Shown here piece by piece: positions 1 through 9,241 of a stretch of 52,280 nt of DNA. The DNA comes from Candidatus Eiseniibacteriota bacterium (GTDB taxonomy: Bacteria; Eisenbacteria; RBG-16-71-46; JABDJR01; JAWXBZ01). Each line of letters begins with the position of its first letter. Position 1 is the stretch's first letter. Below the pieces are notes generated by a model. It worked only from the letters and a program-made list of their open reading frames with translations. It did no database searches and was not told where the DNA came from. Location of the stretch: positions 1 to 52,280 of the forward strand of contig JAWXBZ010000041.1 in the NCBI GenBank assembly GCA_034440375.1, given 5' to 3'. Made by a program: the position numbers and the translations under genes.

Positions 1-249
1 CTGGTACGCGATGCCTGTCGGGCGAGAAGCCTCCTGTCGCGCGCACTCCTGGGCATCATCGAATCCGATCTGGACGCTTCCGGCCGCCCGCGGGCGGCCC
101 TGATGGAGCTGAACGACCCGCTGCGCCGCGCCCTGGACGCCGGGGATCATCCCCGTGACCTGGCGCTGGCCGCTGCCATCGGCGGCTACCGGCCGCTGGC
201 GGCCCGACTCCACTCCAGCCGGTCGGAAACCGGTCGGGCGGCGGCGTAA
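1..249 (+). CDS. Partial CDS (3' end), resembles C-terminus of a PilB/GspE/PilT-type secretion ATPase-like protein
   Basis: Frame 1 is open from base 1 to TAA 247-249, which overlaps the pilT ATG (TAATG). It reads ...RAALMELNDPLRRALDAG...LALAAAIGGYRPL..., similar to the GspE/PilB C-terminal pattern. Not in the ORF track. Confidence 0.5.
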   Translation: MVRDACRARSLLSRALLGIIESDLDASGRPRAALMELNDPLRRALDAGDHPRDLALAAAIGGYRPLAARLHSSRSETGRAAA

Positions 250-1349
250 TGGACATCACCGAGCTCCTCGTCTTCACCAAGAACCAGGGCGCGTCGGACC
301 TGCACCTCTCAAGCGGCATGCCGCCACTGGTCCGAATCAACGGCGACATGACGCCGCTTGACATGCCGCCTCTTGATCGCGAGTCGCTGCACACGCTGAT
401 CTGGGACATCATGAACGATGTCCAGAAGAAGACCTTCGAGGAAAATCACGAACTCGACTTCGCCATCGACCTGGCCGGCGTCTGCCGCTTCCGCGTGAAC
501 TGCTTCGTGCAGCGCCGCGGTGAGGGAGCCGTATTCCGTGTCATCCCCTCTGAAATCAAGTCAATGCAGGACCTGGCCCTCCCGGCCGTCCTGGCCGAAA
601 TGGCCATGAGGGAGAAGGGGCTGATCCTGGTGACCGGACCAACCGGATCCGGCAAATCGACCACGCTGGCGGCCATGCTGGACCATGTCAACCGCAAACG
701 CCGCGGCCACATCATCACGGTCGAGGACCCGATCGAGTTCGTTCACGACTCCAAGAATTGCCTCGTCAACCAGCGGGAGATCGGCCCCCACACCCACTCC
801 TTCGCCAACGCGTTGAAGAGCGCGCTGCGCGAGGATCCGGACGTGATCCTGGTCGGCGAGCTGCGGGATCTGGAAACGATGCAGCTGGCGATCACCGCGG
901 CCGAAACCGGCCATGTCGTGTTCGGTACGCTTCATACCAACTCGGCGGCCAAGACGATCGATCGTGTCATCGACATCTTCCCATCCAGTCAACAGGCCCA
1001 GATCCGGACGATGTTCTCCGAGTCGATCGTCGGCATCGTCTGTCAGACGCTGCTCAAGCGATCCGACAAGAAGGGGCGCGTGGCGGGCCTCGAGATCCTG
1101 GTCGGCGTTCCGGCGCTTCGCAACCTGATCCGCGAGGACAAGACGGCCCAGATCATGTCGGTCATCCAGACCGGCGGGCAGTACGGCATGCAGAGCATGG
1201 ATCAGTGTCTTAAGAACCTGGTCATGCAGGGCGCCGTCACCCGCGAGGAGGCCGCCAGAAAATCAACCAATCCCGCCCTGTTCCTGGGTGGTGTCGCCGA
1301 ACCGGCGCCGGCCGCCGCGCCGGCCACCGGGGTGAAGAAAGCGGCATAG
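249..1349 (+). CDS. pilT: Type IV pilus retraction ATPase PilT
   Basis: ASDLHL N-terminus, Walker A GPTGSGKS, TVEDPIE, ALREDPD, GTLHT and the PilT-specific ALRNLIRE motif. Confidence 0.95.
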   Translation: MDITELLVFTKNQGASDLHLSSGMPPLVRINGDMTPLDMPPLDRESLHTLIWDIMNDVQKKTFEENHELDFAIDLAGVCRFRVNCFVQRRGEGAVFRVIPSEIKSMQDLALPAVLAEMAMREKGLILVTGPTGSGKSTTLAAMLDHVNRKRRGHIITVEDPIEFVHDSKNCLVNQREIGPHTHSFANALKSALREDPDVILVGELRDLETMQLAITAAETGHVVFGTLHTNSAAKTIDRVIDIFPSSQQAQIRTMFSESIVGIVCQTLLKRSDKKGRVAGLEILVGVPALRNLIREDKTAQIMSVIQTGGQYGMQSMDQCLKNLVMQGAVTREEAARKSTNPALFLGGVAEPAPAAAPATGVKKAA

Positions 1350-1359
1350 GGACTCCGAA

Positions 1360-2475
1360 ATGGTCGATATCATTCAGGTCCTCGTCTCCATGGTGCCAAC
1401 GAATTCGTCGGACCTCTATTTCACGGCTGGCGCACCGGTTCAGCGCCGGGTGAATGGCAGTTGCCAGCCAGCCTCCGAACTGATCACGGCGGCCGACACG
1501 AAGGCCATCGCTGATTTTTTCATGAGCGAGACACAGAAGGAGGAATTTCGCGCCACCCGCGAGATGAACCTGGCCTATTCCATTCCCAACGTCGGACGCT
1601 ACCGGGTCAATATTTTCGTGCAGCGCGGCGCCGTTGGTCTCGTCATCCGACTGGTCAAGATTCAGATTCCGACGATGGACGAACTGGGCCTCCCGCAGAT
1701 ACTGCGCGACCTGGTCATGCTTCGGAAGGGACTCGTCCTGGTCACGGGGCCGACCGGTACCGGCAAGTCAACGACGCTGGCATCCATGATCGACTACCGC
1801 AATGACAACGACTCGGGCCACATCCTGACTGTCGAGGATCCCATCGAATTCGTTCACCCCCACAAGAAATCGCTGGTGACCCAGCGCGAAGTCGGCATGG
1901 ACACCGACTCGTACCACGCAGCCCTCAAAAACGCGCTCCGACAGGCGCCCGATGTCGTCCTGATCGGCGAGATCCGCGATGCCGTGGCCATGGAAGCGGC
2001 CATCACCTTCGCCGAGACCGGCCACCTGGTTCTCGGCACCCTCCACACGCTGAACGCCAACCAGACGATCGACCGCGTGCTCAGCTTTTTCCCCCGGGGA
2101 ATGCACGATCTGATCTACCTCCAGTTGAGCCTCACGCTGGCCGGCATCGTCTGCCAGCGACTCATCCCCTGCCAGGACGGCCAGGGCCGTCGGGCGGCCC
2201 TGGAAATTCTGATGACCACGCCCCGAATCCGCGACCAGATCCACAAGGGAGAGGTGGCCGCCCTGAAGGTGTCGATGGAAGAATCAACCCAGGAGGGGTG
2301 CCAGACCTTCGACCAGGCGCTCTACAAACTCTGGAAAGACGGCGTCATCAGCCTGGAGGAAGCCCTCCGCAACGCCGAGAGCGCCAACAACCTCAAGGTC
2401 AAGATCCGAATGGAAAACCCCGGCCTTTCCATCGACGCCGACGCCCCGAAGCTGTCGCTGCATCGTTTGCGGTAG
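1360..2475 (+). CDS. pilU: Type IV pilus ATPase PilU
   Basis: SDLYFTAG, GPTGTGKS, LRQAPDV, TLHTLNANQ, QTFDQAL; lacks the AIRNLIRE motif; directly follows pilT. Confidence 0.9.
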   Translation: MVDIIQVLVSMVPTNSSDLYFTAGAPVQRRVNGSCQPASELITAADTKAIADFFMSETQKEEFRATREMNLAYSIPNVGRYRVNIFVQRGAVGLVIRLVKIQIPTMDELGLPQILRDLVMLRKGLVLVTGPTGTGKSTTLASMIDYRNDNDSGHILTVEDPIEFVHPHKKSLVTQREVGMDTDSYHAALKNALRQAPDVVLIGEIRDAVAMEAAITFAETGHLVLGTLHTLNANQTIDRVLSFFPRGMHDLIYLQLSLTLAGIVCQRLIPCQDGQGRRAALEILMTTPRIRDQIHKGEVAALKVSMEESTQEGCQTFDQALYKLWKDGVISLEEALRNAESANNLKVKIRMENPGLSIDADAPKLSLHRLR

Positions 2476-2651
2476 TTTCGGCGACGGGTCGCCGTGCCGC
2501 GCATCGACCGGGTGCCCGCGCCGCGTGCGCCTTGTTTCAACCATTCATACTGAACGGCCGCAACTCCAATTTGATCTGACGGGATGCGTCACGTGCCGAC
2601 TGATCGCCGCTGATGCCCGAATTGAGGGTCTTGTCAGAAATTCCTCAGCCG

Positions 2652-2667
2652 TGGCATGCAAGTTGCT
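2652..2667 (+). promoter_or_regulatory. Sigma54 (RpoN) -24/-12 promoter
   Basis: TGGCATGCAAGTTGCT versus consensus TGGCACG-N4-TTGCW. GG at 2653 and GC at 2665 have the exact 12-bp spacing. A TGACG-N5-CGTCA palindrome lies upstream at 2577-2591. Confidence 0.75.
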
Positions 2668-2677
2668 TTGTTTTTCA

Positions 2678-2790
2678 AGAGTCGACCCGACTGGTTCGGG
2701 GAGACCCAACTACGACAAACGAGAGCTCGTACGGCAATAGCTGGCCTGAACCGCTGGTACAACCGTACGAGCTCTCCTCATTTCTTCCGA
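2678..2790 (+). ncRNA. Candidate sigma54-dependent structured small RNA
   Basis: Lies downstream of the sigma54 site in a convergent intergenic region with no credible ORF. Hairpin CCCGA-CTGGT-TCGGG, then a perfect 14-bp stem 2721-2734/2763-2776, then a pyrimidine tract. Ends are approximate. Confidence 0.55.
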
Positions 2791-2833
2791 CCCGGCTTCG
2801 TGACCGTGTAAAAATTGGATGTCGGGGTCATCG

Positions 2834-3601
2834 TCAGCCGCTGTCGCTCCGATCGTCGTCCCATCGGGACCCATCACGCAGCCGGTTCGCCTCCTCGTCG
2901 ACCATCCATAGGAGTTGACCCGGGTCGGGACGAACGAGGCTCGCGGGGGAATCGGGACCGGGTTCGCCCGTCAGGGCCCGGGCCACGGCGCGGGCCTTTG
3001 AAATACCGGAAGCCAGGATATGGACATGGCGGGCGGCGTTGATCACCGGCAGCGTCAACGTCAGCCGCGGCCAGTCGTCGGTGCCGGTGACGGCCGCCAC
3101 GCGTTGGTCGGTCATGCCGAGCGTCGGCCGGTGCGGAAACAGCGAGGCGGTATGGCCGTCGGCGCCCACGCCGAGGAGGACAAGATCAAAGCGGACGCTT
3201 CCCCGCTCCTTCGAAACATTCGTTTCGATCTGCTGATCGTAGCGTCGGGCAGAGGCTTCGAGCCCGGTTGGATCGGCCACCATGCGATGGACCCGTGATG
3301 GCTCGAGGTCGAGATGCGCCAGCAACGTGTCGCGTGCCATCCGGTAGTTACTGGCCGGATCCTCGATCGGCACACCCCGTTCGTCGCCCCACCAGAAATG
3401 AACATTCTTCCAGTCAACCCGATGACGGGAATCCGGCATGGCCAGTCTCTGGTACAGGCCGGCCGGCGTCGCCCCTCCGGCCAGTACCAGGTGTGCGACG
3501 CCACGGGCGGCGATGGCCTCACCCAGTGAGGCCGTGGCGCGGCGCGCGGCCGTGCTGAACAGCTCGATCGGCGTCGGGAGGACCAGGATCGTCGGTGTCA
3601 T
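2834..3601 (-). CDS. pgl: 6-phosphogluconolactonase
   Basis: LAGGATP, FWWGDER, SNYRMAR, DLVLLGVGADGHTASLFP, RLTLTLP; last gene of the zwf-opcA operon. Confidence 0.93.
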   Translation of the reverse strand: MTPTILVLPTPIELFSTAARRATASLGEAIAARGVAHLVLAGGATPAGLYQRLAMPDSRHRVDWKNVHFWWGDERGVPIEDPASNYRMARDTLLAHLDLEPSRVHRMVADPTGLEASARRYDQQIETNVSKERGSVRFDLVLLGVGADGHTASLFPHRPTLGMTDQRVAAVTGTDDWPRLTLTLPVINAARHVHILASGISKARAVARALTGEPGPDSPASLVRPDPGQLLWMVDEEANRLRDGSRWDDDRSDSG

Positions 3602-4722
3602 GGCCCGGGGTCGATCGCCCCGTCGGAATCATCGGCGGCGGCCATTCGAAGCGCCCGGACAAAATAGGCGTCGGTTTCCCGCCGCTCGATCACCCGGCAA
3701 AGAAGATCGTCGTCGGGGTCGATCGGCCGGGGAATGCGGATCGGATCGCCGCCCGCGTGGGTGACGACCAGTGCCCCGCTTTCCATCTGGATCGCCATCG
3801 ACTGACCGCCCGCGATGTCGAACTGAACGCCGACGATGCGTCCCGCCGGTCCCTCCCCTGCCACCGGAGAAATCGTGGCCCGAAACGCCCCACCGGTCGA
3901 CCGGGCCAGGCGTTCGCGCAGCCACCCCGCCAGCAGACGCGGGCGGACCGGCAACGACCCGCCGGGTTGGCTGATTGTCTCGATCGTCGCTCCGATGATC
4001 GTCATGGGATCGATCGAGCACTGGTCGACCGCATCGGCCAGCGCTTCGCGCCAGGGGAGCAGGCGGACCCAGTTGAGGTCGATCGGGCGCATTCCGGGAC
4101 CCTGGGGACGCTCCGCGAGGGCCAGCGCCCGGGAAAGAAATGCACCGGTTTCGGCGGCCAGCGCCGAGTCGAGGATGACCTGATCCACGAAGGGATCGAG
4201 ATCGCACAGGAACTGCGCGCCGCGCGCCGGTTCGACCGGCCTTGCTTCCGGCGCCATCATCAAAGCCACCTCCGGCCAGTAAAGGACGACGGGCAGGTCG
4301 GGCAACAGCAGCGGCAGGACCAGGTTCGACAGGTGGGCATCGCCTGCCGGTGTTGCGCGGATGGTGACCTGCTCGCAGCAAACCTGGCGGCCGCCGGCCA
4401 CGCGATGGCAATGGGCCGAGACGAAAGCCGCGAGCGGCTCCGGGACCCCACCCGCCGACTCGAGCTGAACGATGATCGCCCGACAGGGAGTGCCCTCGGT
4501 CAATCGCCCAACCGCCGCGGCCATCCACTGCGCCGCGTCGTCTCCGGGCACGACGGCGATGAGCGTGAGGAGCGCGGCCCGCGTGACCGGCGTGCTTCCG
4601 GAAGGGTCTCTGGCTTCCGCCACCGACTTCCAGAGGGACGCCAGTTCCTCTTCCAATGCGCGCACCGACACGGAGCGGGACTCGGTCGGAAAAACGGGGA
4701 TGCCACTCACAGGTTTCGCCAT
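3598..4722 (-). CDS. opcA: Glucose-6-phosphate dehydrogenase assembly protein OpcA
   Basis: TRAALLTL, CCEQV, LLLPDLPVVLYW, DLNWVRLLPWR motifs; between zwf and pgl. Confidence 0.88.
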   Translation of the reverse strand: MAKPVSGIPVFPTESRSVSVRALEEELASLWKSVAEARDPSGSTPVTRAALLTLIAVVPGDDAAQWMAAAVGRLTEGTPCRAIIVQLESAGGVPEPLAAFVSAHCHRVAGGRQVCCEQVTIRATPAGDAHLSNLVLPLLLPDLPVVLYWPEVALMMAPEARPVEPARGAQFLCDLDPFVDQVILDSALAAETGAFLSRALALAERPQGPGMRPIDLNWVRLLPWREALADAVDQCSIDPMTIIGATIETISQPGGSLPVRPRLLAGWLRERLARSTGGAFRATISPVAGEGPAGRIVGVQFDIAGGQSMAIQMESGALVVTHAGGDPIRIPRPIDPDDDLLCRVIERRETDAYFVRALRMAAADDSDGAIDPGP

Positions 4723-6230
4723 TCACGTCCATCCGCGGCAATCCAGCTATCGGCTTCGGGTGGTCCCCAGTGACCGGCCTCGTAGGTCGGAAGCCGTGTC
4801 TTCGGGGCTGCGGCCCAGTGATCCAGAATCGGCTGTACCCATCCCCAGGCGCCCTCGATTTCGTCCCGGCGGATGAACAGCGAGGCGTCGCCGAGCAGCG
4901 CGTCGAGAATCAGCCGTTCGTATGCCTCCGGGATGTCGGTGCCGAACGAACTGCCGTACATGAAATCCATCTTGACGGCCTGTGTCCGGATGTCCGGACC
5001 GGGGCGCTTGGCGCCAAAACGAAGAGCGATACCCTCGTCGGGTTGGATCCGGAGAGTCAAGACATTGGCGGTCAGTCCGTCCGGCCCCACTGCCTCGAAA
5101 ACTTGCTGGGGCGGTTTCTTGAACTGAATGGCGATCTCGGTGGCACGGCGGGGCATTCGCTTGCCCGACCTTAGATAGAACGGCACGCCGGCCCATCGCC
5201 AGTTGTCGATTTCAAGACGGACGGCCAACCAGCTCTCCGTCATCGAGTCGGGGGCCACGCCAGGTTCCTCGCGGTAGCCGGGCACCGCCCCGCCGTCGAT
5301 GGAGCCGGCGGCATACTGGGCCCGCACCAGGTGCGTGGCCACGGTGGCGGGGTCAAGCGGCTTCAGCGCCCGGATCACCTTGACCTTTTCGTCGCGAATG
5401 GCTTCGCCTCGAAAAGGCATCGGCGGTTCCATGGCCACCAGCGAAACGAGTTGCATCAGGTGATTCTGCAGAACATCCCGCAGGACTCCAGCCTTCTCGT
5501 AATAGCCGGCCCGCGACTCAACGCCGACCTCCTCGGCCACGGTGATCTGAACGTGGTCGACATGACTTCGATTCCAGATCGGCTCGAAGATGCCGTTGCC
5601 AAAACGGAAGACCAGAATGTTCTGGACCGTTTCCTTGCCGAGGTAATGATCGATTCGGAAGATCTGCGATTCGTCGAATATGCCGCTGATGAGCCCGTTG
5701 AGCGCCCGGGCCGACTCCAGGTCCTGGCCAAAGGGCTTCTCCACGACCACGCGCGACCAGGGTGACTTTTTGGCCTCACGCGCGACCAGTTGCGCCGCGG
5801 CCAGGCCGCGCAAAATTGGTTCGAAAGCTTCCGGCGGCGTGGCCAGGTAGAAGAGCCGGTTGGATGGCCGGTTGGCCTCCGTCTCCACCTTTGTCAATCG
5901 GGCGGCCAGTGCCGGCCAGGTGTCGGCATGAGTGAAGTCGCCGGCCACGTAACGGAAAAGTGCGGCGAACTCGTCACCCCGGGCCGGGGGCTCGGGACCG
6001 ATGGCCGCCAGGACCTCGGCGGCGAACTCGGCATCGCTCATTTCGCGGCGACCGACACCGACGACCCGAAATCCCGGCGGCAGGTGACGCTGCTGGAAGA
6101 GTCGGAAGAGGGCCGGTATCAGCTTGCGTCGGGTCAGATCGCCGGAGGCCCCGAAGATGACAAGCGTTGCCGGGTCGGGCATCCGTTCACGCGGAAGTCC
6201 CTCGCGCAGGGGATTGGTTGGCAGGGTCAT
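4707..6230 (-). CDS. zwf: Glucose-6-phosphate 1-dehydrogenase
   Basis: IFGASGDLTRRKL, EKPFG, RIDHYLGKETVQN, WAGVPFYLRSGK. Start set at ATG 6230 (MTLPTNPLREGL). Confidence 0.95.
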   Translation of the reverse strand: MTLPTNPLREGLPRERMPDPATLVIFGASGDLTRRKLIPALFRLFQQRHLPPGFRVVGVGRREMSDAEFAAEVLAAIGPEPPARGDEFAALFRYVAGDFTHADTWPALAARLTKVETEANRPSNRLFYLATPPEAFEPILRGLAAAQLVAREAKKSPWSRVVVEKPFGQDLESARALNGLISGIFDESQIFRIDHYLGKETVQNILVFRFGNGIFEPIWNRSHVDHVQITVAEEVGVESRAGYYEKAGVLRDVLQNHLMQLVSLVAMEPPMPFRGEAIRDEKVKVIRALKPLDPATVATHLVRAQYAAGSIDGGAVPGYREEPGVAPDSMTESWLAVRLEIDNWRWAGVPFYLRSGKRMPRRATEIAIQFKKPPQQVFEAVGPDGLTANVLTLRIQPDEGIALRFGAKRPGPDIRTQAVKMDFMYGSSFGTDIPEAYERLILDALLGDASLFIRRDEIEGAWGWVQPILDHWAAAPKTRLPTYEAGHWGPPEADSWIAADGREWRNL

Positions 6231-6284
6231 GGAACCAAGCCTAGCAGGCCGGTCAAACGGTTCAAGTCCGGGAAAACGTGACAT

Positions 6285-6315
6285 GCGTCACCAAAGTGTC
6301 ACGTTGACGTCAACG
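6285..6315 (+). promoter_or_regulatory. Pho-box-like 11-bp direct repeats upstream of porin-pstS
   Basis: GTCA cores at 6287, 6298 and 6309 (exact 11-bp period), matching PhoB box architecture, in front of phosphate-uptake genes. Confidence 0.6.
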
Positions 6316-6439
6316 GATCGGGACGGTCACGATACATCGTACGTGACGAATGACATGATTTTGTCGCCGCTCCCTCACGCCACGTAGCGTGATCCGCCAC
6401 GGCGGTTGCCGGCGACCATGTCACTACATGGAGGATTCC

Positions 6440-7684
6440 TTGAGGCAATTGCTGACGATGGCGACGGTGGGCCTGATTCTCGGACTGTTGGCCCCGAAAC
6501 TGGTCCGGGCACAGAGCATCGATTCACTGGCTGCGGCGACCCAGGCGATGGAGGCGAAGCTCGAAGGACTGGTCGAGCAGGTCCAGACGCTCCAGTCCGA
6601 CACCGACAAGCTGAAGAAGATCAAGGTCTCGGGCTACGTCCAGGCACGATATGACGTGAGCCAGGCCAGCGATGACTCGATCCGGGCCGCGGGTAACCCG
6701 CTGGTCCTGACCCCGGCCAACCTGGATCGATTCCACATTCGCCGGGCCCGGGTCAAGGTGAACTGGGATCCGATGGAACGGACCCAGGGGGTTCTCTACA
6801 TCGACGGTGGTGCGGATCGTGCGGTCCGGGTGATCGAGGCCTACGTGCAGCTGTCGGATCCCTGGACGCCTTACCAGCAGCACCAGCTGACGATTGGCCA
6901 GTTCAATGTTCCCTTCGGCTACGAGATCGAGCGCTCCTCCTCCGCGCGCGAACTGCCGGAGCGATCCCGGGCCGAAAATGTCCTCTTCCCGGGCGAACGT
7001 GATCGGGGCGTCAAGCTGTTCGACCGCTGGAGCGATCGTTTCGAGACCGTGGTGGCCGTACTCAACGGCGGCGGCATCGGGCAGACAGATTATCCCAATA
7101 CCGACCCCACATCGGCCAAGGACCTGATGGGCCGTGCAAGGGCCAGCCTGGGCAGGATCGATGTTGCCGTGTCGGCCTACTCCGGCCAGCATGTCATTGG
7201 CCTGACCGGCCCGGACGCCGAGGTCGATCGGACCCGATTCGGCGCCGATGTCCAGGGGTACTGGGAGTTTCCACGGGCCGGCGGTGGCTCGCTGCGCGGC
7301 GAGTTCTACACCGGCGAGGAGTTCAATCCTGACTCCGTGGCCGTCCTGACGACAAGGCCGACGTCGAGTGCTCCGGTCCGGCTGCTCAAGCCGGGCGTCA
7401 GCGGCGCGCATCTCGACGCTGAGTTCCTCGGCTGGTACCTGATGCTGGTGCAGAACCTGGGCGACCGTTTCCAGGCGGCCGTCCGATACGATGAGTTTGA
7501 TCGAAACACGGAAGTCGACGGCGACGAGTACACCCGTTGGAACCTCGGGCTCAACTGGTTCTATGACGGCTACACGCGATTCACCCTGGCGTACGAAATT
7601 CCGGAGGTGAAATCGACGGCCGGCGTTTCCGTGCCGAATTCCGAAGACAATCTGCTGACCGTTCAGGCGCAGTTCAAGTTTTGA
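6440..7684 (+). CDS. Outer-membrane porin, phosphate-selective porin (OprO/OprP)-like
   Basis: Signal peptide, short coiled coil, KVSGYVQARY, FHIRRARVK, GQFNVPFGYE, C-terminal QAQFKF; adjacent to pstS. TTG 6440 chosen as start because GGAGG lies at 6430-6434. Confidence 0.75.
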   Translation: MRQLLTMATVGLILGLLAPKLVRAQSIDSLAAATQAMEAKLEGLVEQVQTLQSDTDKLKKIKVSGYVQARYDVSQASDDSIRAAGNPLVLTPANLDRFHIRRARVKVNWDPMERTQGVLYIDGGADRAVRVIEAYVQLSDPWTPYQQHQLTIGQFNVPFGYEIERSSSARELPERSRAENVLFPGERDRGVKLFDRWSDRFETVVAVLNGGGIGQTDYPNTDPTSAKDLMGRARASLGRIDVAVSAYSGQHVIGLTGPDAEVDRTRFGADVQGYWEFPRAGGGSLRGEFYTGEEFNPDSVAVLTTRPTSSAPVRLLKPGVSGAHLDAEFLGWYLMLVQNLGDRFQAAVRYDEFDRNTEVDGDEYTRWNLGLNWFYDGYTRFTLAYEIPEVKSTAGVSVPNSEDNLLTVQAQFKF

Positions 7685-7703
7685 CATGAAGGAGAAAACT
7701 TCG

Positions 7704-8543
7704 ATGAATCAATGCATCCGTATGGCGGCACTTGCGGCCATCGTCCTCGCAACTTCCACGACGGCGGTTGCCGCGGGGAAACGGGCCGTCACGATCAAGG
7801 GTTCCGACACGATGGTCATTCTGGGTCAGCGCTGGGCCGAGCGATACATGACCACGCATCCGGGCGCGCTGCTCCAGATCACCGGGGGTGGCTCCGGGAC
7901 CGGCATCGCCGCCCTGATCAACGGCAACACCGACATCTGCCAGGCCTCCCGACCCATGAAACCCGACGAGAAGAAGAAGCTGCGCGACCGCTACCAGACG
8001 ACGGGCGTCGAAATCCCGGTGGCCCGGGACGGGCTGTCGATTTACGTCCATGAGGCCAACCCGCTGGCCGGAATCACCGTGGCCCAGCTCAAGGACATCT
8101 ACACCGGCAAGGTGACCAACTGGAAGGATCTGGGCGGGAAGGACGAGCCGATCGTGGTCTATTCACGCGAGAGCAGCTCGGGTACCTATGTCTATTTCAA
8201 GGACAACGTCCTCGACGGGGAGGATTTCGCGCCGCAGGTGCAGACCCTGCCGGGCACGGCCGCCATCGTGAATGCAATTTCGAAGGATCCGCGTGGCATC
8301 GGCTACGGAGGCGTGGCCTATGCGAAGGGGATCCGAATTCCACCCTTGAAGCGGGATGCGGCCGACCCCGGCGTCATCCCATCCGAGGCCACGGTGCGTG
8401 ACGGAAGCTACGCACTGGCTCGCGATCTGTATTTCTACACCCGAAAGAAGCCGGACGGGGCCATCAAGGCGTTTATCGACTGGGTTCTCTCCCCCGAGGG
8501 ACAACAGCTGGTGACGGAGGTCGGCTACTTCCCGGTCAAGTGA
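7704..8543 (+). CDS. pstS: Phosphate ABC transporter substrate-binding protein
   Basis: IKGSDTM, GGGSGTGIAAL, ASRPMK, SRESSSGTY; AAGGAG RBS before ATG 7704. Confidence 0.92.
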   Translation: MNQCIRMAALAAIVLATSTTAVAAGKRAVTIKGSDTMVILGQRWAERYMTTHPGALLQITGGGSGTGIAALINGNTDICQASRPMKPDEKKKLRDRYQTTGVEIPVARDGLSIYVHEANPLAGITVAQLKDIYTGKVTNWKDLGGKDEPIVVYSRESSSGTYVYFKDNVLDGEDFAPQVQTLPGTAAIVNAISKDPRGIGYGGVAYAKGIRIPPLKRDAADPGVIPSEATVRDGSYALARDLYFYTRKKPDGAIKAFIDWVLSPEGQQLVTEVGYFPVK

Positions 8544-8550
8544 TCCCTCC

Positions 8551-8591
8551 GCCGGCATTCGGTTAGACTTGCCGGATGCCGGCCTTTTTTT
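8551..8591 (+). terminator. Rho-independent terminator after pstS
   Basis: 12-bp stem GCCGGCATTCGG/CCGGATGCCGGC (one G-U pair) followed by C and seven T. Confidence 0.7.
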
Positions 8592-9241
8592 CTGTCGTGA
8601 TGGCGACGTGGAATCGCGCCGATCGGCTTTCCCGCGCCATCGATTCCGTGCTGGCCCAGTCGGACGACGACTGGGAACTGATCATCGTGGATGACGGCTC
8701 GACCGATGCCACGGCCGCCATGGTGACCCCTTATCGACGCGAGCGCCGCCTGGTCTGGCTGCCGCGATCGCATGAAGGAGTCTGGCCGGCCAAGAATGCG
8801 GGAGCCGCCGAGGCGCGCGGCCGATGGATCACGTTCCTCGACTCCGACGATGCCTACACGCCGGAGCACCTGGCGGCGCGCCGCCGCTGCCTGGCCGCGA
8901 ATCCGGAAGCCCGTTTCGTCCACGGCGGAGTCACCGTGCTCGGGCCGGAACCGATGCGATGGGTGCCCGATGCCATTGATCCGACCCGAATGGTCCCGTT
9001 GGCCGATTGCGCCATCGGCGCCACGTTCGTTGTCGAATCACGATTCTGGTCGGTGCTCGGCGGTTTCACGCCGAATCGCTGGGCGGCCGATGCCGATCTG
9101 CTCGCACGGGCCATGTCGATCGAGCCCTCATGCGTGGTCCGTTGCGACGAACCGACCTATCTCTACGTCCGCACTCCCGGAGAGGGCGTCTGCGAAGAAC
9201 AGCGATTGCAGGCGGTCAAACCGCCATGGCCAGCATCGTGA
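8576..9241 (+). CDS. Glycosyltransferase family 2
   Basis: FSVVMATWNR, ELIIVDDGSTD, KNAG...ARG, FLDSDD (DxD). Confidence 0.88.
   Translation: MPAFFSVVMATWNRADRLSRAIDSVLAQSDDDWELIIVDDGSTDATAAMVTPYRRERRLVWLPRSHEGVWPAKNAGAAEARGRWITFLDSDDAYTPEHLAARRRCLAANPEARFVHGGVTVLGPEPMRWVPDAIDPTRMVPLADCAIGATFVVESRFWSVLGGFTPNRWAADADLLARAMSIEPSCVVRCDEPTYLYVRTPGEGVCEEQRLQAVKPPWPAS

Noticed and set aside
2721-2776. c-di-GMP-I or fluoride riboswitch
   Set aside because: Only GGCCTGAACC resembles c-di-GMP-I P3; the P1/P2 GNRA elements are missing and there is no downstream gene on this strand.
2613-2918. 101-aa ORF over the candidate sRNA
   Set aside because: No RBS, starts upstream of the sigma54 site, overlaps pgl antisense and shows no recognisable domain; RNA structure explains the region better.
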